This document shows positions 37,345 to 50,133 of a DNA stretch of 64,000 bases, piece after piece. The translations under genes were made by a program, and so were the position numbers. Within the stretch, counting starts at the first letter, position 1. Each line of letters opens with the position of its first letter. Origin of the DNA: Podarcis liolepis (taxonomy: Eukaryota). Where the stretch lies: assembly GCA_965112155.1 (NCBI GenBank), contig OZ218104.1; one strand, 5' to 3'. The notes beneath the pieces were generated by a model. It saw only the letters and a program-made list of their open reading frames with translations, was not told the origin of the DNA and made no database searches.

Positions 37345-37920
37345 CATAGGAAGCTGCCTTATACAGTGGTACCTCTGGTTACGTACTTAATTTGTTCTGG
37401 AGGTCTGTTCTTAACCTGAAACTGTTCTTAAACTGAAGCACCACTTTAGCTAACGGGGCCTCCTGCTGCTGCTGTTGCGCCGGAGCACGATTTCTGTTCT
37501 CAACCTGAAGCAAAGTTCTTAACCCGAGGTACTATTTCTGGGTTAGCGGAGTCTGTAACCTGAAGCGTATGTAACCTGAAGCGTATGTAACCTGAAGCGT
37601 ATGTAACCTGCGGTACCACTGTACTGAGTCAGGCTCACTGGTCCATCCTGCTCTGTGTTGTGCAGTCAGGGGACTTCAACCTTTTCAGACCTGGTTTTAA
37701 CCCAAATGTGCATTTGGGAACCTGTTTTTTAAAAATATTTTACCATATGTTTGCATAGTGCTCCTGTTGCAACTCACCTTGAATAAGGCCCTGTCCCACC
37801 CATCTGTTGAAGAGCAGTGGTCTACACTGACTGGCAGCAAGCGTCTCTCTAGGGGTTCCAGCAGGCATCTCTCCCAGAGACGCCAGCGATTGACTCTGGG
37901 ACCTTCTGCATGCAAGGCAG
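37345..37920 (-). mobile_element. Squam3-like SINE interrupted by later insertions
   Basis: 'cataggaagctgccttata|ctgagtcag...ggtccatc' split at TA by the MITE; continues 'tctacactgactggcagc...gggaccttctgcatgcaaggcag'. Confidence 0.6.
37364..37621. mobile_element. Tigger/pogo-like MITE
   Basis: TIRs cagtggtacc.c.ggttac / gtaacctgcggtaccactg, TA TSD on both sides, 16-bp subterminal tandem tgtaacctgaagcgta x3.6. Confidence 0.85.
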
Positions 37921-38259
37921 AAAGCCTAACTTTCTAAGCTGGTCTTCCTAAGGCTCCCAGACGGGATTCATGTGTGCACATTTGCAGCTGCTTCCTCACT
38001 TTCTGGCTGCTCCTGAGGAGCCTGGAGTGAGGCCACTGTGAGGGGGCTGCCTGAGACAATGCCCCCATTCTTTACTGTGGCCCTTTTGCCCCCCCACCTC
38101 CAGTCAACAGGTGAGGAATGGGTGCTCCTGCGAAGCTGCCCAAGTTGTGTACAGTTCACGTGCTCGCTACTCACTAGTTATTGTTTTTACATTTCCAAAC
38201 CTGTTCTTAAAGCCTTTTTGTTATCATGCTCCAAAAGGCAGGCCTTTACAGGTGAGCGG

Positions 38260-39350
38260 TTTCCCGAGTGCTCGCGCAGCCTCAAGCTAAAGCAGTTTTG
38301 AATGGGGTACCCTGGGAGGAGGGAATTGGGCCTGCATGACCCGGCCCTGAGCCTGGAGGGTCCGCGTCCCTTCCTGCCGCCCAGATATTGCGGGGGGAGG
38401 GGCTGAGAAGCGGAGAAGTCCCCCCCGCCCGCCCCTTCCATTGTTGCCCGCGCCGCCTTCTGAGGACCCCGACGGCGCTGGCGGCGGCGGCGGCAGCAGC
38501 AGGAGCGGCGCTCTCTCTCCTTCGGCGCCCAAACCCTCCCGGGGCGAAGCGGCGGCAGCGGCTGCGCTGGTCCCGCCCCGGCGAGGGAGGCGGCCGACGA
38601 GGGATGCTGAAGGAGAAAGGGACGAAGAGGCGCCTCGCCTCACCGTCGAGGGTTGGCTGAAGAGGACGCCGCCGGAGCAGCTGCAGCAGCCGCCCGGAGC
38701 GGGCCGGGCCGGGGGTCGGGATGGTGGTCTTCCTCGGGAGGAACCTCCCGTCGCTGCTGAAGCTCTTCAAGAAGAAGGGTGAGCCGGGGCGCGGCCGGGG
38801 CAGGGAGGCGTCCCGCCGGCGGGCTGGGCACCGGGGAGGGAAGCGAGCGAGCCCGAGACCCCCACCCTCCTCAGTCTTCGTGAACTTCTTCGGGGTCTGC
38901 AGCCGAGCGCAGGATCGGGCTTGCCCGGGGATTTCCCATTAAGCCCCCGGCCCTCACCCCCGCGCAAGGGTGTGTAGATATACTCGAGAGTAAGTCTCAC
39001 CACCATCCGCTGCGTGCGCGCGCGCGCGCTTAGGATCGCAGCCCTGCAGTGCAATCCTTACGGGTCTACTCGGAAGTAAGCCCCACGCGCTCCTTTGGAG
39101 TGGGGGGTAAACTCGGGGAGGCGGCTGACTTGGGGGTGCAGCTGAAAGACCGGAAACTCTGGGCGGCGGAGCTTGCCCTTTGTCACCGTCGGGATGTTCG
39201 GCCTGGGGTTGGCTTTGCAAAGGGGGCTTGTGTCTATGGAGCTTCGGGGAGGGGGCCGGGGGGAGGTATGTGCCACCCGAGGCCCCTCTGCACGGCGTCC
39301 TTGGGATCCGCTGCCTGCGTCTGCCCCAGCCAGCGGTGGGGAATCTGCGT
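38260..39350 (+). promoter_or_regulatory. NHSL3: CpG island promoter of NHSL3 exon 1b
   Basis: Abrupt rise in GC and CpG density, GC boxes (ccccgcccgcccc), surrounds the first coding exon. Confidence 0.85.
38721..38778 (+). CDS. NHSL3: NHSL3/KIAA1522 first coding exon 1b (MVVFLGRNLPSLLKLFKKK|G)
   Basis: Matches the recalled KIAA1522 N-terminus [20 protein letters not shown]; Kozak gggATGg; phase-1 donor G|gtgag. Confidence 0.92.
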
Positions 39351-40164
39351 GGTGATGGAGGAAGGGGGGTGACTGGAAACAGCATCCCCCACCCCACCCA
39401 GCGTGTCTCTCCTGTGTTCTTTTCCAACAGGGTAGAGGTCCGTCCCCCCCATCCCTGGTTGTTCTCAGCTGCCTTCCTTGCCTTGTTGAACCCAGCAGCA
39501 TCTAAGCTTTTAGGAAGCAGGGCTTGTTTGCCCATCTCTGCAGCGATTCTGCAGCCTCCTGCCTCTCCCCCCACCTTTCTCCGCTCAGATTTTGTTTTTC
39601 TCCTCTTTGGATGCTGGAAGCAAGAGAGGAGGATGAGTTAAATCTGATTCGGCAGGAACTGAACAGTTGCGCTCTCGCTGGCCAAGGGGTAGAAATTGCA
39701 AGGTCAACGCAGCGTTCCTGAAGCATCTCAAGGTGCACTTTGAGAAGCAGCCTAGCCCAGTGGTTAGTGCAGGTGTAACCTAGTGTGGTCTCCCAGTTCC
39801 ACGTGGCTTTTCTTTATCATAATGCTGGCCGTACATTAAATATGTGGCTGTCTGAAGAGACACAGAGATAATTTGTGTTCATCTTCCCCACCCCAATTAC
39901 TGTTTCGCGGGTTTTTGAGACTACAACTCCCATTAGCCCCAGCCAGCATGAGTTATAGTTCAAAACAGCTGGAGGGGCACCAGGTTGGAGAAGATCAAAC
40001 ATTTTAAAGCACGAAGTATTCTACTTGTGGGAGAAAGTTGCAGGAATCCAGTTGACCTGGGTTCAGAAGTTCTTCTCATTTTAAGGTGAGGCAACATTTA
40101 ACAAAAGATTGGAGGGACTTTTGCGAACTAAGAGCATTACTTAGAAGTGAGGAGTACCTCTCTT

Positions 40165-40304
40165 CATGGGCATAGCTAGGATTTTTGTTGGGGGGACAGG
40201 CCTTTTGCTTGTGTGGAGGGGGGCAGAACCCCCACTGTGTATTTTTATTGATTTGGGGGGGGGGCAGCTGCCCCTCCCTGCCCCCCGCCCCGGCTACACC
40301 CATG
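40165..40304. mobile_element. GC-rich hAT-like MITE
   Basis: TIRs catgggcatagc / gctacacccatg; 8-bp TSD cctctctt / cctttctt. Confidence 0.7.
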
Positions 40305-43300
40305 CCTTTCTTGAAACTGAAACCATTTTTGGTGAAGCATCCCACAGCAATCTGAACAGCCTTGGATCAACCCCAGCTTCTACGGGCTTCACTGAATAAG
40401 GAGGTCTAGGCACATATTAGACCTTTGCATGCTTTTATGTGCTTTGATGGGCAGATCCTGACTCACCTGCTGCCCATATCTGCTCTCAGAACACTACAGT
40501 ACTGCTAAGTCTCAGTTTAGATGATGAGATCAAGTCCTGTGCAGTTCCTGGTTGCTGTTTGGCATCCTGTCTCTGGTATCCTTTTGACCTCAGAGCCCCT
40601 CCCCATTCTGTTCCCCAGCTGTGTGGTTCTCCATGGGTCAGGCACCCTAGACAGGTTCCTTTTGCTTTCCAGAGAGAGGTTGGTGCGGAGAACCTGCTTT
40701 ATTTGCTTTGCTTTGCATTTGCCCAGGGAAGAGAATGGATGTATGAGCAATACTTTAGTAAAGAGGCTCCATCAGTATTGATCTTGCTCTTAACACAGAG
40801 AACAAAGATGGAGCTTGGGGGGGGGGGGAGGGTGAGTGGCAGAACCAAATCCAGTGCAGAGTCAGCATCTCCAGGCCTGCAGGGATCAAGGTGACCTTGG
40901 AGAAAAACGGTTCACTTCTCTCTCATCTCGGCATGGGGCTGGGGGCCTTGTGTAGGCAGGGAGATTCTCCCATTCTTTATTTTGTCTGGGTTTTCTGTGT
41001 GTCGGCGATGATGAAGTTGTGGCCCTCCAGGTGTTGTTGGACTCCATCCTCTGACATGACCAGTGGGCAGGGATGGTGGGAGCAACTCCCGAAGGGCCAC
41101 AGGTGCTCAAAGCTTTTCTTAGCTCCTGTTGAAATCTTGTGATGTTGGTAGTCTTTTAGGGGTTGGTGTGTGGAGTTCCCTGCTCCCATTCCATAGCCCA
41201 GTCCACTGAGTCCTTAGCCAAGGGGCAGATCCTGGTAGCTCATATCCAGCAGGCACTTTTCTGCTTGTTGTCTCTCCTGATGACTTCAGGCTCTCCAGCA
41301 ATGAAGCAGTCTCTTTCCTGTGGGCTTGGAATGAACTTTCTGCGCTAAGGTTGAACCTCTCATCATCAAGACGCAGAGGAATGTTAAGTAGCCTAATTGC
41401 TAGCTTTGTGTTTGTTTCTGATTGATGCTTAGTGCTTGAGAGGCACATAATTGTTGCCATGTTTAGAGGTTCAGTCTTCAGCATCCCAAATATGAAAGGA
41501 TATTGGGGGTGCGAGCTGGGAAGGACTTCCCTTCTGGGATATTGCCGGGTGTGGGCTACGGCAGGGGTGGGGAGATGGGCCACAAATCTTTTTCTGAATG
41601 GCCCAAGTGGTTTTTGTGGGTAATGAACTTGGGGAGAAATTGAATGCGTATGCATGATCTGGGTTACTCAGTGGGATAGTTGTTCCTCAAAAAGTCAAAT
41701 AAATTTATCTAGGGAGCGATAGATTGGGACTGTTGAGTAGATTTGTAGCAAGATCTGGTGGGGAAATTAACTGGGTAAATTAATTGAATTGGACCTGATT
41801 TGGATGGCTTGGGATGAGGTGCAAATGAATTTATTTGGGGTGATTTGCATAGGAAATTCTTTGGTTTTCATTCTACAACAAATGGAGATCTATACGTATC
41901 AATGAGCACATGCATGTCCTATGCAAGTGCTTCCAGTCTCTTTAAGTACATAGCAACACAGCTTCACTCTACCTGGACCAGGAATAAACAGGACTGGGTT
42001 ACTTAGACAGGTGGTCCAATTTGTAAGGTGGTTTCAAGGTGCTCTAACACCACACATAGCTCTTCTAGGATACTCCCAACTGCACCTTTTTCAGGCAGCC
42101 CTAAGTGTGAAAAAAGGTGTAGTGAGTGTACAAACAGGTGTTGGAAGAGAGGAATAGTCGCTTCCACCAAAGGGCAACCTCATAATCTGGTTCATCTCCC
42201 CTTGGGACAAGCCCCTTACCTGGTTGCCCTCTGTTTAAATGCCAAGCTGTATGCTGTGTTGGAGTTCCATGTTTGGCACACTGAAAATAATATGTTTGTA
42301 CAAGCAATTGTGAGGGGCCCTGATTTGAAGCAGGACTGTGGAGGAGGGGTCTAATCAGAGGCCCCCAGTCTAAATCTGCCTCCCTTGGAGCTGCTATTAG
42401 CCAGAGAGGGAAATTGTGTTGGTTTAAAACCCACCACCCTTTGTGATGGGCCTAGATGCACAGAGACTAGAGTGGCAGACTGAGTTGGGGGATGTTGTTG
42501 GAGGTGCTGCGCGCTTTTCCATATATCTCCATGTTTTGCAACACCTCCCCTGTGCAAGCTGTGTGGCCGTTGCCCACCAGATATTCGGATGACAGTTCCT
42601 ATCAGCCAGGTGATGGCTGGGCTCTAGTTAGGCGTTCCCAGAGTATCAGCCAGCAAGTTGGGTTATATATAACTATCTAAATACCTCTTAAGAGCTGAGT
42701 GGGTGGGCAGAAATGCCTGGGGAGTTCCCGGGGTGTGTTTTGACTTGCCAGGGTAGAGGCATGCAAAAGCCTCCTATAATTGTTTGGAGACAGTGAAGAG
42801 TTTTGCACAAGGGCTTTCCTCTTGGCACAGTTTCCCTTGGCAGCTAGATTCCGCCGCCCCCCCCCCCCACTCTGAAGACTCAGGCAAGGTAATGGTGTTT
42901 CTGTCTTTCAAACCATTTTCATACAAAAGGTTAAGACCAGAGTGGAACATACTGTCTGTCTTTCTAATAGTACAGTAAATGGAAAGGCAGGACTTTTTGC
43001 ACGGCTTCATTCTGTCCTGGTGTAGGATATTCCATTTAATCCCAAAACTGCCAGTAAGGAGTGTGTTGTTCTCACCAACCATCCTGTGAAAGGAAAGAGC
43101 TTCCTTTCCAGTCGGCCTCTCCTGTCTAAATGATGGTGCCTGCTGCCAGTTCTCCCTACCATACCTCTTCCTAAATATGCCTTTTTAACGAGCTATTCCA
43201 TCGCCTGCTTTTGGCTCTTCCACACACAACTTTTGGCCAGTGTGTCCTAGGCTGTAAATAAGTGCTCAGTACAGGAACAGAGTTGTGTGTTCAATAAAAG

Positions 43301-43719
43301 AGTCGTGGGAATACTCATCCATCAAAACTAGATACTTGCTTTTATTTTGGTAAAAGATCAGCAGCTGATATTCTTGGCATCATACTGTAGTCTAAAAAGA
43401 CAAAGTTGTTCCCTTTGTGGCATCCTGCTTTTTAGCTGGCCAATAATAATATAGTTACTTTATTTCTAAAAGAATCCCAGGTTGTGGGGTTCTGACTAGT
43501 CAGTGGTTGTCCAGACTTAAAAGTCATGATTTTTGCCTTGATTGGACTAAAGAAACAATCTGGGTGGTTTGGGAGAGTAACCTTTGCCTTGGTAGAAAGG
43601 GCAGGGGGCCGTTTATATGCTTGCGTGCAGCTCCTTTCTCAGGAGGCAGGCCAGGAAATAAAAAACAGAGAGAACCACCAGCAGCTTAATCCCCTACTCA
43701 AACCCCTGGGAAACATTTT

Positions 43720-43878
43720 CCATGCAGGTCCCAGCTTCAATCCCTGGCATCTTCAGGTAGGGCTGGGGAAGAACCCCTCCCTGAAATTCCCAAGAGCTGC
43801 TGCGAATCAGTGTAGATGGTCCTGTGTTTGATGGACCAATGGGCTGACTCCAAATAAGGCAGCATCCTGTGTTCCTAT
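43720..43878 (+). mobile_element. Squam3-like tRNA-derived SINE (other copies near 10505, 45515, 61000, 63660)
   Basis: 'ggtcccagcttcaatccctggcatc..caggtagggctggg...gatggaccaatgg.ctgactc..ataaggcagcatcctgtgttcct'. Confidence 0.65.
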
Positions 43879-44070
43879 GGCGACTGGCACACAGGAGCAA
43901 ACTGTTCCTCCTTCAATAGGCTTGTTCGGGAATACACCCGATATCTGCTTCTCTGTCCTCCCCTCCCTCTGAACTCACCCCCCCTTCTTCTGGAAGGTAG
44001 CTGCTGTTGTTTTGGTGTGTGACAAAATGTGCTGAGCACTGCCCCTTTAAGCTGGACTGCCTCGCTGGTG

Positions 44071-44071
<1 letters not shown>

Positions 44072-44107
<36 letters not shown>
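44072..44107. repeat. (TG)n microsatellite
   Basis: Directly visible. Confidence 0.95.
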
Positions 44108-44108
<1 letters not shown>

Positions 44109-44394
44109 AAGGTGCACAGATATTTCTGGTATCAGTCATGTGATCCTGCCCTGGGGTGCTTTCGCTTATTCAGAGCACTGGCTTTAAAGGCTCAGGCTTT
44201 GGACATGCAGAGCCTGCAGCCTCCCACTGCTGAGAGCAAGGGCAGTGAATGCTGGTGTCAGATCACCTCTGTCAGTGGAGAAGGGTTGTAAAGAGATCCC
44301 AGGGACTGTCATGGTTACGCTGGGCAGGGGGTGGCTCTCCTGCAGCAGAGATGCAGGAGTCACTAGTTATTCCTCCCAGCAAAGTATTGAGCTA

Positions 44395-44640
44395 CAGTGG
44401 TACCTCTGGATGCGAACAGGATCCGTTCCAGAGCCCCATTCGCATCCTGAAGTGAACGCAACCCACGTCTGTGCGGGTCGCGACTCGCTGCTTCTGCGCA
44501 CACGCGTGACGTCATTTTGAGCATCTGCACATGCACGAGCGGCGAAACCCAGAAGTAACGTGTTCCGTTACTTCCGAGTCGCTGCAGAGCGCAACCCGAA
44601 AATGCTCAACCTGAAGCAACTTCAACCCGAGGTATGACTG
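44395..44640. mobile_element. Tigger/pogo-like MITE (second family)
   Basis: TIRs cagtggtacctc.gg / cccgaggtatgactg with TA on both sides; CpG-rich interior unrelated to the 37364 copy. Confidence 0.8.
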
Positions 44641-45714
44641 TATTGCTTAAAATATCCCTCCAGTTTATCCTGTTCCTCCACTAGGCAAAGTGGCTCATCA
44701 TTGGAACGTAAACATCCACAATAGATCAGTGAAATCATGCATGACAAGAGCAAGAGGCCAATGGCTGCAATCCTGAGTGCACATTTACTTGGGAGTAAGC
44801 CTCTCTGAAATCTGTTGGACTTGCTTCTGAGTAATGCACAGCAAAGCTCTGCAAAGCTGGTGTCTGCTTGACTGGTCACTGGCTGTTCTTGAACCCTTGA
44901 CCCTCGCAAGAGTTCCATGCAATGGCTGGGACGAGGCGGGGGGGGGGCACAATCAGCACAGGTACCACTCCTGATGTTTTTGCAAAACTCCCCAGCCTCT
45001 GGCTTGCATGTGCTTGGTTAAAATACATGTCACTAATTATGCATAGCTCAGGCATTAAAATACAAAAGAGTTAGATGAACAGTGGCTAATACTGCCTTGG
45101 TAGTGATGACAATGGTCTCAACCATAATTGTAGAAGTTGTGACAGCTGATAGTAATTAGCTGTTTATAACTTTGGTGTTATGACATAACTGTGGTGTTGT
45201 GACAGTGTAATCATTGTGACAATGATTATGTATTGATAAAAAGATTAGATGTCCACATTCCCATGTCTCTGGGTTAGCAGCACCATTCCTTGCCTTTGTG
45301 GGATCATGGCTATCCACATTTTACTGCGGGGCAACTGAGTCTAAGACTTGCCCCTGCCTTATGGACAGGGTGCTCCACCAGCAGTGATGAAGTGTGCGGT
45401 GTGTGTGTGTTTGTAATCGGTTGAAAGCCTTTCTTCCTGGTGCTCAGGATTTGGCACTTAGGGTGCCTGGATTTAGTTTCTAGCCTGGGAAGGTTTCCGT
45501 TAGTGGAACCAGATCTCAATGGTAGCACACCTGCCTTGCATGCAGAAGGTCCCAGAAGGTTTGACTTCCTGGCACCGCTGGCTAAGAGACTCAGCTCGCA
45601 GTTGATGGGCAAGACTCTGCCTGATGCCATGGAGAACCATTGCCACTTAGAGCGAGCCATGCAGGACTATGTGGGCAAGTAGCCCAGCCTGATGAGTTTA
45701 CACCTCCTTTTTGA

Positions 45715-46026
<312 letters not shown>

Positions 46027-46062
46027 TAGGCCATTTTGTCTCTGAGCCCTCTGAGCTCTCAC

Positions 46063-46188
46063 AGAATCATAGAGTTGGAAGGGACCACAAGGGTCGTCTT
46101 ATTCAACCTCTTGCAGTGCAGAAATCATTGGCCCAACGTGAGGCTCAGAGCCATGAGATTAAGAGTCTCATGCTCTACTGATTGAGCC
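46063..46188 (-). mobile_element. tRNA-Lys-head/CR1-tail SINE (Squam2-like)
   Basis: Reverse complement gctcaatcagtagagcatgagactcttaatctca...cacgttgggc resembles tRNA-Lys(CTT), followed by CR1 tail ending ctatgattct. Confidence 0.75.
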
Positions 46189-47423
46189 ATTTGCTCTGTT
46201 TTCCTTTCATAATACTCTTGGCACAAAACCTCCCTGGCCCAGGGTCCTCTGGGTGGGGAGCAGTTGTTTCTTTGCTCTCTGTTGTCACTTGGGATGCTAA
46301 ACTATAGCATCAGCCCTCCCTCACGGTAAATGGTACTCCTGTTCAGAACAGCCTGGGACTGGGCTCTTGCGAAACCACAGCTTAGTTCGGTCAGAAACAA
46401 GTAGCTGTGTTGGCCTGATAGGAGAAAAACTGCAGAGACAGTTAAAATTGTGCCTGGCTCAAAATGCAGCATGCAAACTGTAGGGCAGGGTCACCGATGT
46501 GGTGGCCACTAGGTGTTGCTAGACTACAAATCCCATCATCCCTCAATATTGACCATGCACAGAACTCTACCACAGGCAGTGTGTGTGTTTGTTTTGTGGG
46601 GTGGAATACAAGGGGAAAATATAAGAAATCTCTTAACACAGATACCTCCCCCCCTTTTTAATTAAATACAAACTAGCAACCATTTGGTCTAATGTGTAAC
46701 TTGAAAGTTTGAGTGGTGCAGAATAGCTTTGTGTGGGCTTCTCAAAATGGATCAGCATCCTGTCCCAGCTGAATCTGAATCAAGCTTTGTGCCCTGAGCT
46801 GATTTATAGGGTCTGGGTTTAGGCCTGGAATTTGCCACCAAAAAAGCAACCACCTCTGTGTACATGCAAAGTACATTTCTGATTTCCGTAACTGCTAAAG
46901 AACTGCACCCTCCATGAGCACACCTGAGCCAATGGGAAGAGGTCCCTCTGCTCCAGGCATGGTACATCATGTTTAGAACTGTGGCTGTGAGGAGTCCCAT
47001 CTGCCTCCTTATACTACTGGGTGGGGTTCTTCCCTCTGCCCCTGATTGTGGTTCTGCCCACGCTGGAGTTCAAACAGCACCTGCCAAGCATGGAAAGGCG
47101 GTTGCAGCTGCGCAGTGCCGGATGGGCAGGTTGCCGTCTCAGAGCAGAGTCCAGTGCCTGTGAGGCCAGTGGCCTGCCTGCCAGGGAGAGCGGCTGCCTG
47201 CTCTCTTCCTCTGAGGCTGGGCTGGGTCATGAGCAGGATCTCCAGGAGGGTTCTTGAGAAGCCCCTTCCCTCCCAGGACAGCAGGAGAGGCAAGCAGGTG
47301 GGAGACTATTCCTTCCTGCGTTCTCTTCTCTGCTCCCCGCTCCCGGCACTCTGGATCAGCGCTTAGTGGCCTCCAGCCCTCCCCGGGCTGGCAGACGATG
47401 TTTTTTCTGCTGTTGCCTTTCAG

Positions 47424-47479
47424 AGAAACACAAGCAGAGCAAGAGGGTCTGGGACCACAGCGACACCAGCAGCATCCAG
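47424..47479 (+). CDS. NHSL3: NHSL3 exon 3 (EKHKQSKRVWDHSDTSSIQ)
   Basis: tttcag| ... |gtaag, 56 nt phase 1-0, matches recalled EKQKLNKGGWDHGDTQSIQ. Confidence 0.93.
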
Positions 47480-49018
47480 GTAAGCCGGTTGCATGTCAGG
47501 CAGCAGCTTGCGTTGCCCTCTTTCCTCCACAACCCCCATGTGCACGTCACACCCTTGCAGTGCCGTTGCATATTTTCCATTGGCCTGTGTTGTGCTAACT
47601 TGCAGCGTCTTCACCACCACACCTGCCACCCTGAGGATAAGATACCCGGGAAGCCTTGGGGTTGTTTTCCCATACCCATCTTCCCTCCGCTGCAAACAGA
47701 AAAGCATTTGTGCTGTGTTCCTCCAGCCGCGGCATCCTCTTTATAAAATGATCCTGATTTTGCACAATATGAGATCAAGAGCTGATCTTGTGCCTTCTTG
47801 AAATTGCCCAGAGGTGGATGAGGGAGTCTGGCAGCTGATGGACCCTGCAGTGGGACCTGGGATCGCTCGGGAAGGTCTTCTTGTGGAAGGAGCCAGCAAA
47901 TGCGGAGCCTCCACCAGCACCGAACTCGGGTGGGGTGAAAGCTGGCCTCTTCTCTTCTGTTTATCTTGGCTGCAACCTGGTGGACTTTGTCCCCAGCACT
48001 TCCCTGCAGCTGCACTTCCCTCCTCCTGGCTGCTGATTCCAGCAAATCCTGCCTTCAGCTCTGCTTTCCTCGCAGATGACCCTTCCTGAAGGGGTCTTTG
48101 CTTCTTGCTCATGTAGCCCTTTTCGAGTTCAGGGAATAAAACTAGACAGGTTAGAAAGAGGAAGCCAGACTTCAGCAGAGAAGACTCTTCTGACCTCTTT
48201 GTTCCTCGTGTTCTAGGTTATGCAGAATAGGTGAGAAACACCTCTCTGTGTGTTGCACAAAGCAGTACCAAATCTGTGATTATTAATCAGCAAAAGCTTT
48301 AAATCTTTTTCTTTTTTAAAAAAGAAACAATGTTCTGGCTGATTGGCAAACCATATTGGAATATCCCTTTTTCTTCTCAAAAATATATTTGGTTGTGCAA
48401 AGGAATTTGAAGCAGCAAACAATCTCCTGCATGTTCTGGCCACTTGAGTGTTCAAGCGGACAGCTGGTGCTAAATTGAAATTCTGTAACCTGACAGTAAA
48501 ACCAACCAACCAACCAAGAAACCGAATTCTGCAATCTGCATGAAGTATGTAAAGCCCCCATTCCTCTGGCTTTTGAGATTTCAGCAGGCTTTCCAGAGCA
48601 CTGTCAAGCATTTCCACACAGCCACAAGGCCTAGAAAATTTAAAAAGGGCACTTGAGACTCTTAGCTTCATGCTGCACCCCGTGCCACATCCTTTGTTTA
48701 CATGGAATGGCAGGGCTTGCGATGTCCTGATCATATAGCTGAGGAATACTGGCTAAGTGGGAAACAAGCACCCAGGCCTTGTCATTGTCGGAGAGCATGC
48801 CTGCTGTTGGAGCTTCACCGACTGTTTTTACAAATGTGCAAAACCAAGGCAACTTCTGATGTGCCCTTTTACACTGATTTCATGGTCCTTTAATCAGAAA
48901 GGAGTTTGTGCCCTTGAAAGCAATGCCAAGGCCGGCCCAATGGCTTGGCTTCTGTCAAGCAGCGCCACCTGGCGGACAGGAAGGATGGTCCTGTCTGCAA
49001 CTTGCTCCCTCGCTCATT

Positions 49019-49165
49019 TCATAGAATCAGAGAACTGTAGAGTTGTAAGGGACCATCAAGGGTCATCTGGTCCAACTCCATGCAATGCAGGAATCTTTTG
49101 CCCAATGTGGGGCTTGAATCCACAGCACTGAGATTAGAAGAGGCTCATGCTTTACTGACTGAGCA
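49019..49165 (-). mobile_element. tRNA-Lys-head/CR1-tail SINE (Squam2-like)
   Basis: Same organisation as 46063-46188. Confidence 0.75.
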
Positions 49166-49504
49166 ATTAATGCTTCTGTTTTTTTATGGAGGCAAGAGGG
49201 GGGCACAGCAGGCAGACTCCTGGGGTCTGCCTCTTCCTTGCCCATGGAAGGATCCTGGATAGGTTGGATGTCCATGCCTGTGAGACCCATCTCTGGGCTC
49301 CAAGGGGGAACCTTCTATTAAGGTTACCAGATTTTTTACAATGAATCTGGGGACACTTTTCAATTTCAATGGATTTTGTATGGGGACTGATTTGTAAATC
49401 CAGGGACTGTCCCTGGGAAATGGGAACCTTACCTTCTATGGGTGAACAGGACTTGGTGGGAAATTTACCCTCTTGCCTTCATTTCCTTCCCTCTCGGCAT
49501 GCAG

Positions 49505-49625
49505 TCTTCCCGCTCATCCACAGAGGGTGACGACCTCTCGGTCCGGAGTCAGACCCCATCATGTGCCACGGAAAGCACCTCCGAGGATGCCCTCTCGGTG
49601 CGCTCAGAGATGATCCAGAGGAAAG
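49505..49625 (+). CDS. NHSL3: NHSL3 exon 4 (SSRSSTEGDD...EDALSVRSEMIQRK)
   Basis: 121 nt phase 0-1, canonical sites, conserved EDALSxRSEMIQRKG. Confidence 0.95.
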
Positions 49626-49773
49626 GTACTACTGCCAGAAGCCTTGGGTTCAGGAGCTGGGCTTGGTGCAGGGAGGGAAACTGCAGCTGTTTTTTCCAGA
49701 GACCACCACAACCCCTCGCAAAAATTCAGAGGGTCTGCTTGAAGGAAGGGTCAAATGCAAAGTTGAGCTGTGA

Positions 49774-50133
<360 letters not shown>

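Noticed and set aside
37554-37610. Short direct-repeat array as CRISPR-like
   Set aside because: Head-to-tail repeats without spacers, inside a MITE, in a vertebrate genome.
47009-48112. Cluster of 70-144 aa ORFs on both strands around exon 3 as an antisense gene
   Set aside because: No recognisable homology or coherent splice pattern; expected in GC-rich intronic DNA.
46063-49165. tRNA-Lys-like sequences (46130-46188, 49100-49165) as tRNA genes
   Set aside because: Degenerate stems and fused CR1 tails show they are SINE heads.
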